NCBI GenBank assembly: GCA_963707915.1
Contig: OY970178.1
Location: forward strand, 3,520,001 to 3,584,000
From: Candidatus Eiseniibacteriota bacterium
Lineage (GTDB): Bacteria; Eisenbacteria; RBG-16-71-46
DNA length: 64,000 nucleotides
Direction: 5' to 3'
Below the pieces are notes generated by a model, which searched no databases, had not been told where the DNA came from, and saw only the letters and a list, made by a program, of their open reading frames with translations. Below are positions 20,526 through 29,149 of the stretch, piece by piece. Made by a program: the position numbers and the translations under genes. Position 1 is the first letter of the stretch. The number at the start of each line of letters is the position of its first letter.

Positions 20526-21415
20526 GGATCCTCCTCCTGGGTGGCACCGGGATGCTGGGCCACCGGCTGTGGATCAACCTGCAGCAGGAGCACGAGGTGT
20601 GGGTGACCGTCCGGGGGGAGGGCAATCCCTTCCCGGACGTGGCGCGGTTCCCCGCCGACCACATCGTCCATCGCGTGGATGGATTGTCCTCCGATGACGT
20701 GATCGCGACCCTGGGGGCGGTCCGCCCGGAGCTCGTGATCAACTGCATCGGGCTGATCAAGCAGATGGAGCACGCGGGCGATCCCCTGCCCGCGCTCTCG
20801 ATGAACGCGCTGCTGCCGCACCGGGTGGCCGCGATCTGCCGAGCCGTCGGCGCCCGGTTCATCCACATCAGCACCGACTGCGTCTTCTCGGGCCGGAAGG
20901 GCGGCTACGTGGAATCCGACCCCTCGGACGCCGAAGACGTCTACGGCCGGACGAAGTTCCTGGGCGAGGTGCAGGGGCCGCACGCCATCACGCTGCGCAC
21001 CTCGATCATCGGGCAGGAGCTCAAGAATCGTCTCGGTCTGGTCGAGTGGTTCCTCGCGCAGACCGGCACGATCAAGGGGTATCAGAAGGCGATGTACTCC
21101 GGATTCACGACCGACGAACTGTCGCGGATCATCCTGCGGCACGTGATCCCGGATCCGGGGTTGCACGGCATGTATCACGTCTCCAGCGAGCCGGTCAGCA
21201 AGTTCGACCTGCTCCTGCTGGCGAAGCAGGCATACGGGAGGGAGATCGAGATCCTTCCCGAGGAGCGGTTCGTCTGCGACCGCACCCTGGATTCGACTCG
21301 ATTCCGCAAGGCGACGGGATATGTCCCGCCCGCCTGGGCGGAGATGATCCGGGAACTGGCGTCGGATGCGGCGTTCTATGATCGGCTCCGCAAGTCATCC
21401 CCGGCCACTCTGTAG
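20522..21415 (+). CDS. RmlD-like 4-ketoreductase (QnlA/WbvR-like)
   Basis: GGTGMLG, INCIGLIKQ, HISTDCVFSG, YGRTK, RTSIIG. Confidence 0.85.
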   Translation: MRILLLGGTGMLGHRLWINLQQEHEVWVTVRGEGNPFPDVARFPADHIVHRVDGLSSDDVIATLGAVRPELVINCIGLIKQMEHAGDPLPALSMNALLPHRVAAICRAVGARFIHISTDCVFSGRKGGYVESDPSDAEDVYGRTKFLGEVQGPHAITLRTSIIGQELKNRLGLVEWFLAQTGTIKGYQKAMYSGFTTDELSRIILRHVIPDPGLHGMYHVSSEPVSKFDLLLLAKQAYGREIEILPEERFVCDRTLDSTRFRKATGYVPPAWAEMIRELASDAAFYDRLRKSSPATL

Positions 21416-21469
21416 ATCCAGTTGTCGAATCGACCGGTGCTTCCCAAACCTCATCGAGGATGAAACGAC

Positions 21470-22528
21470 ATGCTAGATGACAAGCGAGTCCTGATCACGG
21501 GGGGCACGGGCTCTCTGGGGAAAGTCCTGGTGCGCCGGCTGCTGTCGGGCGAACTGGGCACTCCCCGCAAACTCCTGGTCTTCTCGCGGGATGAGGGGAA
21601 GCAGCATGCCATGCGCGTGGAGTACATGCAGAAGACCAGCGCGACCGACGAGGTGATCTACCAGAACTTCAGGGACCTGTTGGAATTCCGGATCGGTGAC
21701 GTGCGTGACTTCCACAGCGTCGCCGCCGTGCTCGGCGAGGTGGATGTTGTGTTCAACGCCGCTGCGCTGAAGCAGGTCCCGACCTGCGAGTACTTCCCCT
21801 ATCAGGCGGTGATGACGAACATCGGCGGGCCGGAGAACATCGTGCGGGCGATCCAGGAGCTGCGCCTGCCGGTGGAGACGGTCGTCGGCATCTCGACGGA
21901 CAAGGCCTGCAAGCCCGTCAACGTGATGGGGATGACCAAGGCCATCCAGGAGCGGGTGTTCATCCAGGCCAACATGCGGTGCGCGGGCACGCGCTTCATC
22001 TGCGTGCGCTACGGGAACGTCCTGGCTTCGCGCGGGTCGGTCATCCCGCTGTTCCACGAGCAGATCCGCAACGGCGGGCCCGTGACGATCACGACCACCG
22101 ACATGACCCGTTTCCTGCTGAGCTTGGATCAGGCGGTCGACACCGTCTTCGCCGCGATCCGCGAGGCCCGGCGGGGCGAGACCTACATCCCCCGCGTGCC
22201 CTCCGCCAATGTCACCGATATCGTCGCGGCGCTGATCGGCGACCGGCCGATCCGGACCGTGGTCACCGGCATCCGTCCGGGCGAGAAGGTCCACGAGATC
22301 CTCGTCTCCGAGGAGGAGTGCCATCGCACGGTGGACCGGGGCAGCTACTACTCCATCCTGCCCATGCTGCCGGAGATCCAGAGCGAGCTGCAGTTCACGC
22401 CCGCGCTCTGCGGGGAGTACAGCTCCGCCGGGAGCGTGATGGACCGGAAGGCGGTGGCGGAACTGCTCCAGAAGCACCGGTTGCGGGTCGAGGATCAGTT
22501 GATCATCGAAGGCGAGCTGCTTCGATGA
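21470..22528 (+). CDS. UDP-GlcNAc 4,6-dehydratase/epimerase (FnlA/WbjB/CapE-like)
   Basis: TGGTGSLG, FSRDEGKQ, AALKQVPTCE, STDKA, RYGNVLASRGSVIP, GIRPGEK. Confidence 0.88.
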   Translation: MLDDKRVLITGGTGSLGKVLVRRLLSGELGTPRKLLVFSRDEGKQHAMRVEYMQKTSATDEVIYQNFRDLLEFRIGDVRDFHSVAAVLGEVDVVFNAAALKQVPTCEYFPYQAVMTNIGGPENIVRAIQELRLPVETVVGISTDKACKPVNVMGMTKAIQERVFIQANMRCAGTRFICVRYGNVLASRGSVIPLFHEQIRNGGPVTITTTDMTRFLLSLDQAVDTVFAAIREARRGETYIPRVPSANVTDIVAALIGDRPIRTVVTGIRPGEKVHEILVSEEECHRTVDRGSYYSILPMLPEIQSELQFTPALCGEYSSAGSVMDRKAVAELLQKHRLRVEDQLIIEGELLR

Positions 22529-23613
22529 AGGTCCTGACGCTGCTGGGCACCCGCCCGGAGATCATCCGTCTGAGCCGGGTGATCGAAGGCCTGGACCGGC
22601 TGTGCCAGCACGTGCTGGTCCACACGGGCCAGAACTTCGATCCGAACCTGAGTGACATCTTCTTCGAGCAGTTGCGGCTGCGCCGGCCGGACCACGACCT
22701 CGGAGTGACCGGCGAGACGTTCGGTCAGCAGATCGGCCGGATCCTGGCCGCGGTGGACGGCGTGCTCCGGAAGGAACGCCCGGACGCCGTGCTGATCCTC
22801 GGGGACACGAACACCGGGCTGTGCAGCCTCATCGCGAAGCGGATGGGCATCCCCGTGTATCACATGGAGGCGGGGAACCGCTGCTACGACGATCGCGTGC
22901 CGGAGGAGGTCAACCGGCGGGTGATCGACCATTCGAGCACGATCCTGATGCCCTACACGCAGCGCAGCAAGGAGAACCTGCTCCGCGAGGGCATCGAGGC
23001 CCACCGCATCTTCGTGACCGGAAACCCGATCCACGAGGTCATCGAGCACTACGATGCGGAGATCAGGGCCTCGAAGGTGCATTCTCAGCTCGGGGTGGAG
23101 CCTGGCAGGTTCATCCTGGTCACCATGCACCGCGCCGAGAACGTGGACGTCGAGCTCCGGCTCAGGGGTCTCGCGCTGGCGCTGGACCAGGTGCAACGGA
23201 AGTACGATTGCCCGGTGATCTGCAGCCTGCACCCGCGCACGAAGCACAGGATGCAGCAGTACGGGGTGGGGGTCGACAACGACCGCGTCCGCTTCCTCAC
23301 GCCCCTGGGATTCTTCGACTTCGTGGCGCTGGAGCGCTCGACGCTCTGCGCGCTCTCCGACAGCGGGACGGTCCAGGAGGAGTGCTGCATCTTCCGCGTC
23401 CCCACCGTGACGATCCGCGACGTCACCGAGCGCCCGGAGACCATCGAGTGCGGCAGCAACATGCTCTCCGGGTGCGAGCCGGAAGCGATCCTGCGCTGCA
23501 TGGAGACCGTGCTGTCGCAGCCGCCGTCATGGACTCCGCCGCCCGAGTACCTGGCGGAGGCGGTGGCGTCGACGGTGGTGAGGATCGTGCTGGGCGGGGG
23601 AACGGTCGTCTAG
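22525..23613 (+). CDS. UDP-2-acetamido-2,6-dideoxy-hexose 2-epimerase (FnlC/WbjD/QnlB-like)
   Basis: GTRPEIIRLS, HTGQNFD, LGDTN, HMEAGNRCYD.RVPEEVNR, SDSGT. Confidence 0.85.
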   Translation: MKVLTLLGTRPEIIRLSRVIEGLDRLCQHVLVHTGQNFDPNLSDIFFEQLRLRRPDHDLGVTGETFGQQIGRILAAVDGVLRKERPDAVLILGDTNTGLCSLIAKRMGIPVYHMEAGNRCYDDRVPEEVNRRVIDHSSTILMPYTQRSKENLLREGIEAHRIFVTGNPIHEVIEHYDAEIRASKVHSQLGVEPGRFILVTMHRAENVDVELRLRGLALALDQVQRKYDCPVICSLHPRTKHRMQQYGVGVDNDRVRFLTPLGFFDFVALERSTLCALSDSGTVQEECCIFRVPTVTIRDVTERPETIECGSNMLSGCEPEAILRCMETVLSQPPSWTPPPEYLAEAVASTVVRIVLGGGTVV

Positions 23614-23739
23614 GGCTGTTCCGCCGCCGCCGTTCCCGGTCCTCGTGCCGGCCTGCCGCGAGCAGCCCACCCTCGAAGTCCCCCGCCCGCTGGCCCGGCC
23701 CCGCTCTGCGGTGTGGCGCTTCCGGACGGCGGTCGCCTC

Positions 23740-25191
23740 CTACGAGGGCGCGCGCGTGCCGGCCGGCGCGGCCTGCGCCGCTCCCGAGGTGAGCAGGCGA
23801 TGGGCGGCGACCATCAGGCCGAACATCAGCCAGACCTGGAAGGCGTAGTTGATGTTGCGCAGGTACTCGACCTTGATCTGGTCCACCAGGAACACGACCA
23901 TCTGCACGCGCGCGATGATCATGAAGCTGCGCAGGAAGTCCGGGTGCCGCAGGTCGTCCGTCGTCGGCCGGGTGATCCGGAACAGGGTCCACAGCAGCCA
24001 CGCGAAGATGGCGATTCCGATGAAGCCCACGTTGTTCGCGACGTAGAGGAACAGCGAGTGGGGCCAGTAGTAGACTCTGGTGCCGCTGAGCATCGAGTAG
24101 ACGGGGCCATGTCCGAGGAGTGGATGCTCGAAGATGCGGTTCCAGGCCATCGGCCACACCACCGAGCGGTTGTCGGGCACGAAACCGACGACGGTCGAGC
24201 CGGCAAGGCGCTCGAACATGTTCCCGGTGCGCGTGTAGGTCGAGACGAACCAGTTCATGCCGATCAGGCCCGCGGCCGCCGCCCCGGCCGTGATGGTCAC
24301 TCCCACCATGGTGAGGCGACGTCGTATCAGCCACAACAGGTAGAGCATCCCGATCCCGAGCGCGATGATCCCGCCCCGGGTGACCGTCGCGAACATGATG
24401 AACATGACCAGCACCAGCAGGCCGCCGTAGGCGGTGCGGAGCAGGATCGAATTCGTGCGCAGGAACAGGAACAGGATGAGCGGCACATAGATGGCACAGT
24501 ATTCGCAGAGCAACTCGTAGTCGTAGAAGGAGGAGCCGACGCGGATGCCGAAGGCGGCAGCGTCCGGGCTCGAGATATTCTTGAATTCGATCCAGCCGGG
24601 AATCAGGACCTGGCCCGGGTGGGTCATCTCGAAGATGGCGACGAGGCAGACCAGCAACACCGAGATGGTCTGGAAGATGAGCAGGCGCTCGAAGTCCCGC
24701 CGGGTCTCCGGGATGCTCGCGACCAGGTAGAACAGGAGCCAGGTGACCGCCATCATCAGGAAGTTTCCCAGGCCGGTACTCAGATGCACCGCCTCGATGT
24801 TGTAGAAGGAGACGACGTAGGAGATGAACAGCATGACCAGCGGGACGTCGATCGGCGAGCGGTGGGGCGGGGGGCTCTGCCGCAACGAGACCCGCAGCAG
24901 CCAGATCACCAGCATCAGCGCGACCAGGTAGATGTTCGTGTTGCCGAAGACAGTGGTGCGCGGGAAGGGCAGGGCGACGGCCATGATGGCCAGCCCGGAG
25001 GTGGTGTTGAGGCGCCAGGCCAGGCCGAACATCAGAAAGGCCGTGAGCACCGAGAGCACGCGTTTGTTGGGCGAGATGTACTGGATGCCCATCAACGCGC
25101 CGACGCCGATGACGAGGAACAGCGCCCCGAGGCGGTCCAGCAGCCCGACCAGCGGGTTCGTCGACCGCACCGGACGGAGCGAGGCGCTCAT
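23740..25191 (-). CDS. O-antigen ligase / Wzy polymerase family membrane protein
   Basis: 10-12 TM, TVTRGG, R..VW.MAW..I.EHPLLGHG, PHSLFL (Wzy_C-like). Confidence 0.8.
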   Translation of the reverse strand: MSASLRPVRSTNPLVGLLDRLGALFLVIGVGALMGIQYISPNKRVLSVLTAFLMFGLAWRLNTTSGLAIMAVALPFPRTTVFGNTNIYLVALMLVIWLLRVSLRQSPPPHRSPIDVPLVMLFISYVVSFYNIEAVHLSTGLGNFLMMAVTWLLFYLVASIPETRRDFERLLIFQTISVLLVCLVAIFEMTHPGQVLIPGWIEFKNISSPDAAAFGIRVGSSFYDYELLCEYCAIYVPLILFLFLRTNSILLRTAYGGLLVLVMFIMFATVTRGGIIALGIGMLYLLWLIRRRLTMVGVTITAGAAAAGLIGMNWFVSTYTRTGNMFERLAGSTVVGFVPDNRSVVWPMAWNRIFEHPLLGHGPVYSMLSGTRVYYWPHSLFLYVANNVGFIGIAIFAWLLWTLFRITRPTTDDLRHPDFLRSFMIIARVQMVVFLVDQIKVEYLRNINYAFQVWLMFGLMVAAHRLLTSGAAQAAPAGTRAPS

Positions 25192-25862
25192 GCCCGTTCG
25201 AAGCGCTTGCGCAGGAGGAAGAGGAGGTTGTCCCAGCCGTCGCGCCACTTCTGCAGCTTGACCTCGCCGATCCGCGCGCCGTAGGGGATGTGGGTCTCCC
25301 CGAAGCCCAGCCCGCGCAGCAGGGCCTCGAGCTTGATCTCCTCGCTGAAGGACATCCCGTCCGAGGTCAGGCGCATCCGCTCGAGCGCGGTGCGGCGGAA
25401 CACCCACATGCCCGACTGGCTGTCGCGGACCGGCTTGAAGAACAGCAGCGCCGCGGCCACCGTGAGCACGCCGTTGCCGAACTGGTTGCTGAAGCTCATG
25501 GCGCGCGGGTCGGCCAGCGGGAACCGGCAGGCCGAGAGGAAGTCGAGGCGCCGGTCGATCAGCGCCTGCACCAGCCGGGGGATCTCCTCGGGTGGGTAGG
25601 TGCCGTCGCCGTCCAGGGTCACCACGATGTCGGTGCGAACCGCCCGCAGCCCGGCCTTGTACGCCGCGCCGTAGCCACGGGTCTTCTCCGCCACGACCCG
25701 GGCGCCCAGGGAGCCGGCCACCTCGGCGGTGCGATCGGTGGAGTTGTTGTCGACCACGATGACTTCGTCCACCACTGCGGGCATCCGGCCGATGACCTCC
25801 CGGACCCCTGCTTCCTCGTTGTAGCAGGGGATGACGACGCCGATGCTGAGGTTGGAGTGCAT
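25188..25862 (-). CDS. GT2 glycosyltransferase, DPM1-like
   Basis: VIPCYNEE, VDNNSTD, GYGAA, TLDGDGTYP, DSQSG, RIGEVKL. Confidence 0.9.
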   Translation of the reverse strand: MHSNLSIGVVIPCYNEEAGVREVIGRMPAVVDEVIVVDNNSTDRTAEVAGSLGARVVAEKTRGYGAAYKAGLRAVRTDIVVTLDGDGTYPPEEIPRLVQALIDRRLDFLSACRFPLADPRAMSFSNQFGNGVLTVAAALLFFKPVRDSQSGMWVFRRTALERMRLTSDGMSFSEEIKLEALLRGLGFGETHIPYGARIGEVKLQKWRDGWDNLLFLLRKRFERA

Positions 25863-26344
25863 GGTCGTCCGACGGGGCCTGCTTCCGCAGTGGAGGGAGA
25901 TGCGTGGGCCATGGGGCGGGTTCCCACCGAGTCTATCAGCAGCCTCTGGAACGCGACAAGGCGCAAGGGCTTCCGCCGGTCGACCGTCCGCCTGCCAGCC
26001 GTGCCCCGCATGCGTGCGCTCCGGCGCAGCACGCGTCGCTGTGCGCGCACCGTCGATCGGTCGGACGGGCTCGAGCGAACCGTCCCGGGGGAATCCCCAT
26101 CTCGACCAGCGGGACGACCGTCGCGATCGGCACGTCCCGGCCCGCCCTCGACGGCGCTCGCCTGGCCGCAGGGCAGGCCTGCCGCCCGGTCACCCGGCAC
26201 CGGCGGCCGGGACGCGGGATTCGTCACCGCGTCGGGGACTGCAAGCCGGTCCGGCGGCCGGGATTGGGACCGCGCGGGTGGGTGGTGGCGGCACGCGGGA
26301 AAGGCGGGCGGCGGTGCGCCGGAAGTCCTTGCCGGGGTTTGTCC

Positions 26345-26374
26345 TTGTGTCCATCGTCAACAATTTGATAACAT
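26345..26374 (+). promoter_or_regulatory. Putative promoter of the priming sugar transferase
   Basis: TTGTGT-N18-TAACAT with TGn extension in an AT-rich patch of the intergenic region. Confidence 0.5.
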
Positions 26375-26600
26375 CCTTGCGTGTTGAGGGCCCCGTCAGG
26401 TTCCCCGTGGAGGACGCGCTAGCGACTGCTTGCTACAGCGGTTCGCCGTAGGGCTGGCCAACACCTTGGTCGCTTGAACGACCTGGCCGCCTACCGAGCC
26501 CAGGACACGCTTCCGAGGAACGACAACTTGCGCTTCCCCCACCTGTTGCTCGTGGTCGGCCAGACCGGGTCCGAGTGCGATTGCATTAGGCGAGAGCTAT

Positions 26601-26636
26601 GAGCCGAGGGTGTCTCCACACCCTCGGCTCTTGCTT
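26601..26636 (+). terminator. Terminator-like hairpin in the 5' leader of the sugar transferase
   Basis: perfect 13-bp stem GAGCCGAGGGTGT-ctcc-ACACCCTCGGCTC followed by TTGCTT. Confidence 0.55.
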
Positions 26637-26662
26637 CGCCGGCAACGCAGCAGAGAGCTAGC

Positions 26663-27595
26663 ATGGAGCCCAACATCCTCGCGTCCACGCACAAGAGCGC
26701 GGCTCCGGGTGCCGACGGCTGGGCCCCGCCGTCGGAGGAGTCCGTGCGGGTTCCCTCCCGGGTGGGAGCGGTGCCCGCCGTGCGGACCGGGAGCGCAACC
26801 GAAGCGCCGGCGACGCCGGCACTCGGCACCGTGTCCGCGACCGTCCGCAACGGGGGCAACGGGGGCAACGGGCACGTGAGGGCGAACGGCGACGGCCATG
26901 GCAACGGCAGTCAATGGCCCGATCTGGTCCCGCTCTCGGGCGGGGTGCTCGCCCGGGTCCTTCCGGCCTACGAGGCGCCGGCGGAAGCCGGCTTCTACCT
27001 GCGCTACGGCAAGCGCCTGCTCGACATCCTGGGCGCGTCGCTCGGCCTGCTCCTCAGCGCACCGCTCCTGCTGCTCGCCGCCATCCTGGTCAAGCTCGAG
27101 TCGCGCGGCCCGGTCATCTACCGGTCCATCCGCATCGGCCGGGGGGCGCGGCCCTTCACGTTCCTGAAGCTGCGCTCCATGGTGGATGGAGCGGAACAGC
27201 ACCGGCACAAGCTCACCCACCTGAACGAGGCCGACGGCCCGGTCTTCAAGATCGTGGCCGACCCCCGCGTGACGCGCGTCGGCCGCCTGCTCCGCATGAC
27301 CAGCATCGACGAGATCCCGCAGCTCTGGAACGTCCTCCGCGGCGAGATGAGCCTGGTCGGACCGCGTCCGCCGATCGCCGAGGAGGTGGTGCAGTACGAG
27401 CCGTGGCAGTTGCGCCGCCTGGACGTGGTGCCGGGCATCACCTGCCTGTGGCAGATCAGCGGCCGCAGCCGCATCGGCTTCCAGGAGTGGATGCGGCTCG
27501 ATCTCGAGTACATCCGGCACCGTTCGTTCCAGCTCGACCTCAAGATCCTGATCCGGACGATCCCCGCGGTGCTCTCCCGCGAGGGCGCCTACTGA
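26663..27595 (+). CDS. Priming phosphoglycosyl transferase (bacterial sugar transferase family)
   Basis: KRLLDI, GPVIY..RIG, KLRSM, DPRVTRVG..LR.TSIDEIPQLWNVLRGEMSLVGPRP, PGITCLWQ. Confidence 0.93.
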   Translation: MEPNILASTHKSAAPGADGWAPPSEESVRVPSRVGAVPAVRTGSATEAPATPALGTVSATVRNGGNGGNGHVRANGDGHGNGSQWPDLVPLSGGVLARVLPAYEAPAEAGFYLRYGKRLLDILGASLGLLLSAPLLLLAAILVKLESRGPVIYRSIRIGRGARPFTFLKLRSMVDGAEQHRHKLTHLNEADGPVFKIVADPRVTRVGRLLRMTSIDEIPQLWNVLRGEMSLVGPRPPIAEEVVQYEPWQLRRLDVVPGITCLWQISGRSRIGFQEWMRLDLEYIRHRSFQLDLKILIRTIPAVLSREGAY

Positions 27596-27750
27596 TCCCG
27601 GCCGCTTGCCCGTCGCACCTCCCAGGGGCCCGCTGACGGCCGGCCCACCGGCCGGCGCCCCGCCGCCTGCACGTTCCGTCCGCGACCCCGGCGTCCCGCG
27701 GGCCGGCGGCGGGTGCAGATCGCCCCGCCTGCCTGTAGTATCCTCCTGCG

Positions 27751-27938
27751 CTCTCCGTGGAACGGTCCTGGCCGGGCTTCGCGGGACAGCGTGCCGCCCG
27801 GAGCAGGAGACGGACGAGAGGTACGAGCGGGCGTGGCGCACGGATCGTGTCTGGCCGCCCTGCGTTTCCGAACGGATGGGCACCCGCAACCGCCGACGCT
27901 TCCTGGAGGCCACGGTGCTGGACGGTTCCGAAGTGGAG
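27751..27938 (+). ncRNA. Candidate structured RNA (6S-sized rod, or structured leader)
   Basis: end-to-end pairing by eye (CTCC/GGAG, GGAAC/GTTCC, GTCC/GGAC, GGCTTC/GAGGCC, GTGCC/GGCAC, GGAGACG/CGTTTCC, GGGCG/CGCCC); -10-like TAGTAT/TATCCT at 27736-27744. Confidence 0.3.
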
Positions 27939-27961
27939 TCGCTCCACGCCAGCCGGATCCC

Positions 27962-29149
27962 GTGCGAACCAAGACCGAACGCCTGAGGTTGCTGCTGGTC
28001 GAGAGCGGGACCGCCGTCGGCGGGACCGAGCGCGTGCTGTGGGAGCTGGCGACGCGCCTGCCCAGCACCCGCTGGGACGTGCGCGTATGGCTCTCGCCCG
28101 CGCCGGGCGTGGACGAGTTCGCCGGCGCGCTCGAGGCGCACGGCCTCCCGGTCGCGCGGGTGGCCGAGGTGGACTCGCGCTGGGACTGGCCCGGCATGCT
28201 GAGGACCTGGCAGCAGTTGCGGCGCGAACGGCCCGACCTTCTCCACGTGCACCACGTGTGGCCCGCGGCCGACCGCTATCTCGCGGCGCTGGCGGAGACC
28301 GCGGGCGTGCCGCACCTGGTGGTGACCGAGCACATCGAGGGGCACGCGCACTCGGCGGCCCAGGTCCAGCTCAAGCGGCGCGAGCTCGCGCAGGCCGAGG
28401 CCGTCACCGCGGTCAGCGCGGCGGTCGCGGATTCGCTCGTGCGCGATTACGGCGTGGACCGCGCGCGGCTGCGGGTCGTGCCGAACGGGGCCGAGCTGCC
28501 CGACGAGGACGGCGAGCAGGCCGGGGCGCGGCGCGTGCGTGAGCAGTTCGCCGCGGGGGTCCTGCGGCCGCTGTGGGTGTGTGCCGGGCGGCTCGAGCAC
28601 CAGAAGGGCCAGGACGTGCTGCTCGACGCGCTGGCCGAGGTCCGCCGCAAGGGGCTCGAGTTCGTGGCGGTGCTGGCGGGCGATGGCTCGCTGCGCGGCG
28701 CGCTCGAGGAGCGCGTCCGCACGCTCGGGCTCGGGGCCAACGTGCGCTTCCTCGGGCAGGTCGAGGATCTCGGCCCGCTGCTCGCCGCGGCGGACGCGGT
28801 GGTCCTGCCGTCGCGCTGGGAGGGCATGCCGCTGGTGCTGCTCGAAGCGCTGGTGCGCGCGCGCCCGGTGGTGGCGAGCGCGGTCGGCGGCGTGACCGAG
28901 GTGGTGACCGACGGCGAGCACGCGCGGCTGGTTCCCCCCGAGGACCCGCTCGCGCTCGCCCGGGCGCTGGAGGACTTCCACCGCCATCCCGATCCGGCGC
29001 TGCGCCTGGGGCGCCGCGCGGCGGCCCGGGTGCGCGAGGGATTCACCTGGCCGCGCGTGGTCGAGGCCTTCGAGTCGGTCTACGACGAGGTCCTGGGGCT
29101 GGCGAGCTTCGCCGCCCAGGACGCGCCGGCGCCGCGGGCGGTGCGATGA
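27962..29149 (+). CDS. GT4 glycosyltransferase
   Basis: GGTER, VVTEH, VVPNG, GRLEHQKG, PSRWEGMPLVLLEA. Confidence 0.9.
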   Translation: MRTKTERLRLLLVESGTAVGGTERVLWELATRLPSTRWDVRVWLSPAPGVDEFAGALEAHGLPVARVAEVDSRWDWPGMLRTWQQLRRERPDLLHVHHVWPAADRYLAALAETAGVPHLVVTEHIEGHAHSAAQVQLKRRELAQAEAVTAVSAAVADSLVRDYGVDRARLRVVPNGAELPDEDGEQAGARRVREQFAAGVLRPLWVCAGRLEHQKGQDVLLDALAEVRRKGLEFVAVLAGDGSLRGALEERVRTLGLGANVRFLGQVEDLGPLLAAADAVVLPSRWEGMPLVLLEALVRARPVVASAVGGVTEVVTDGEHARLVPPEDPLALARALEDFHRHPDPALRLGRRAAARVREGFTWPRVVEAFESVYDEVLGLASFAAQDAPAPRAVR

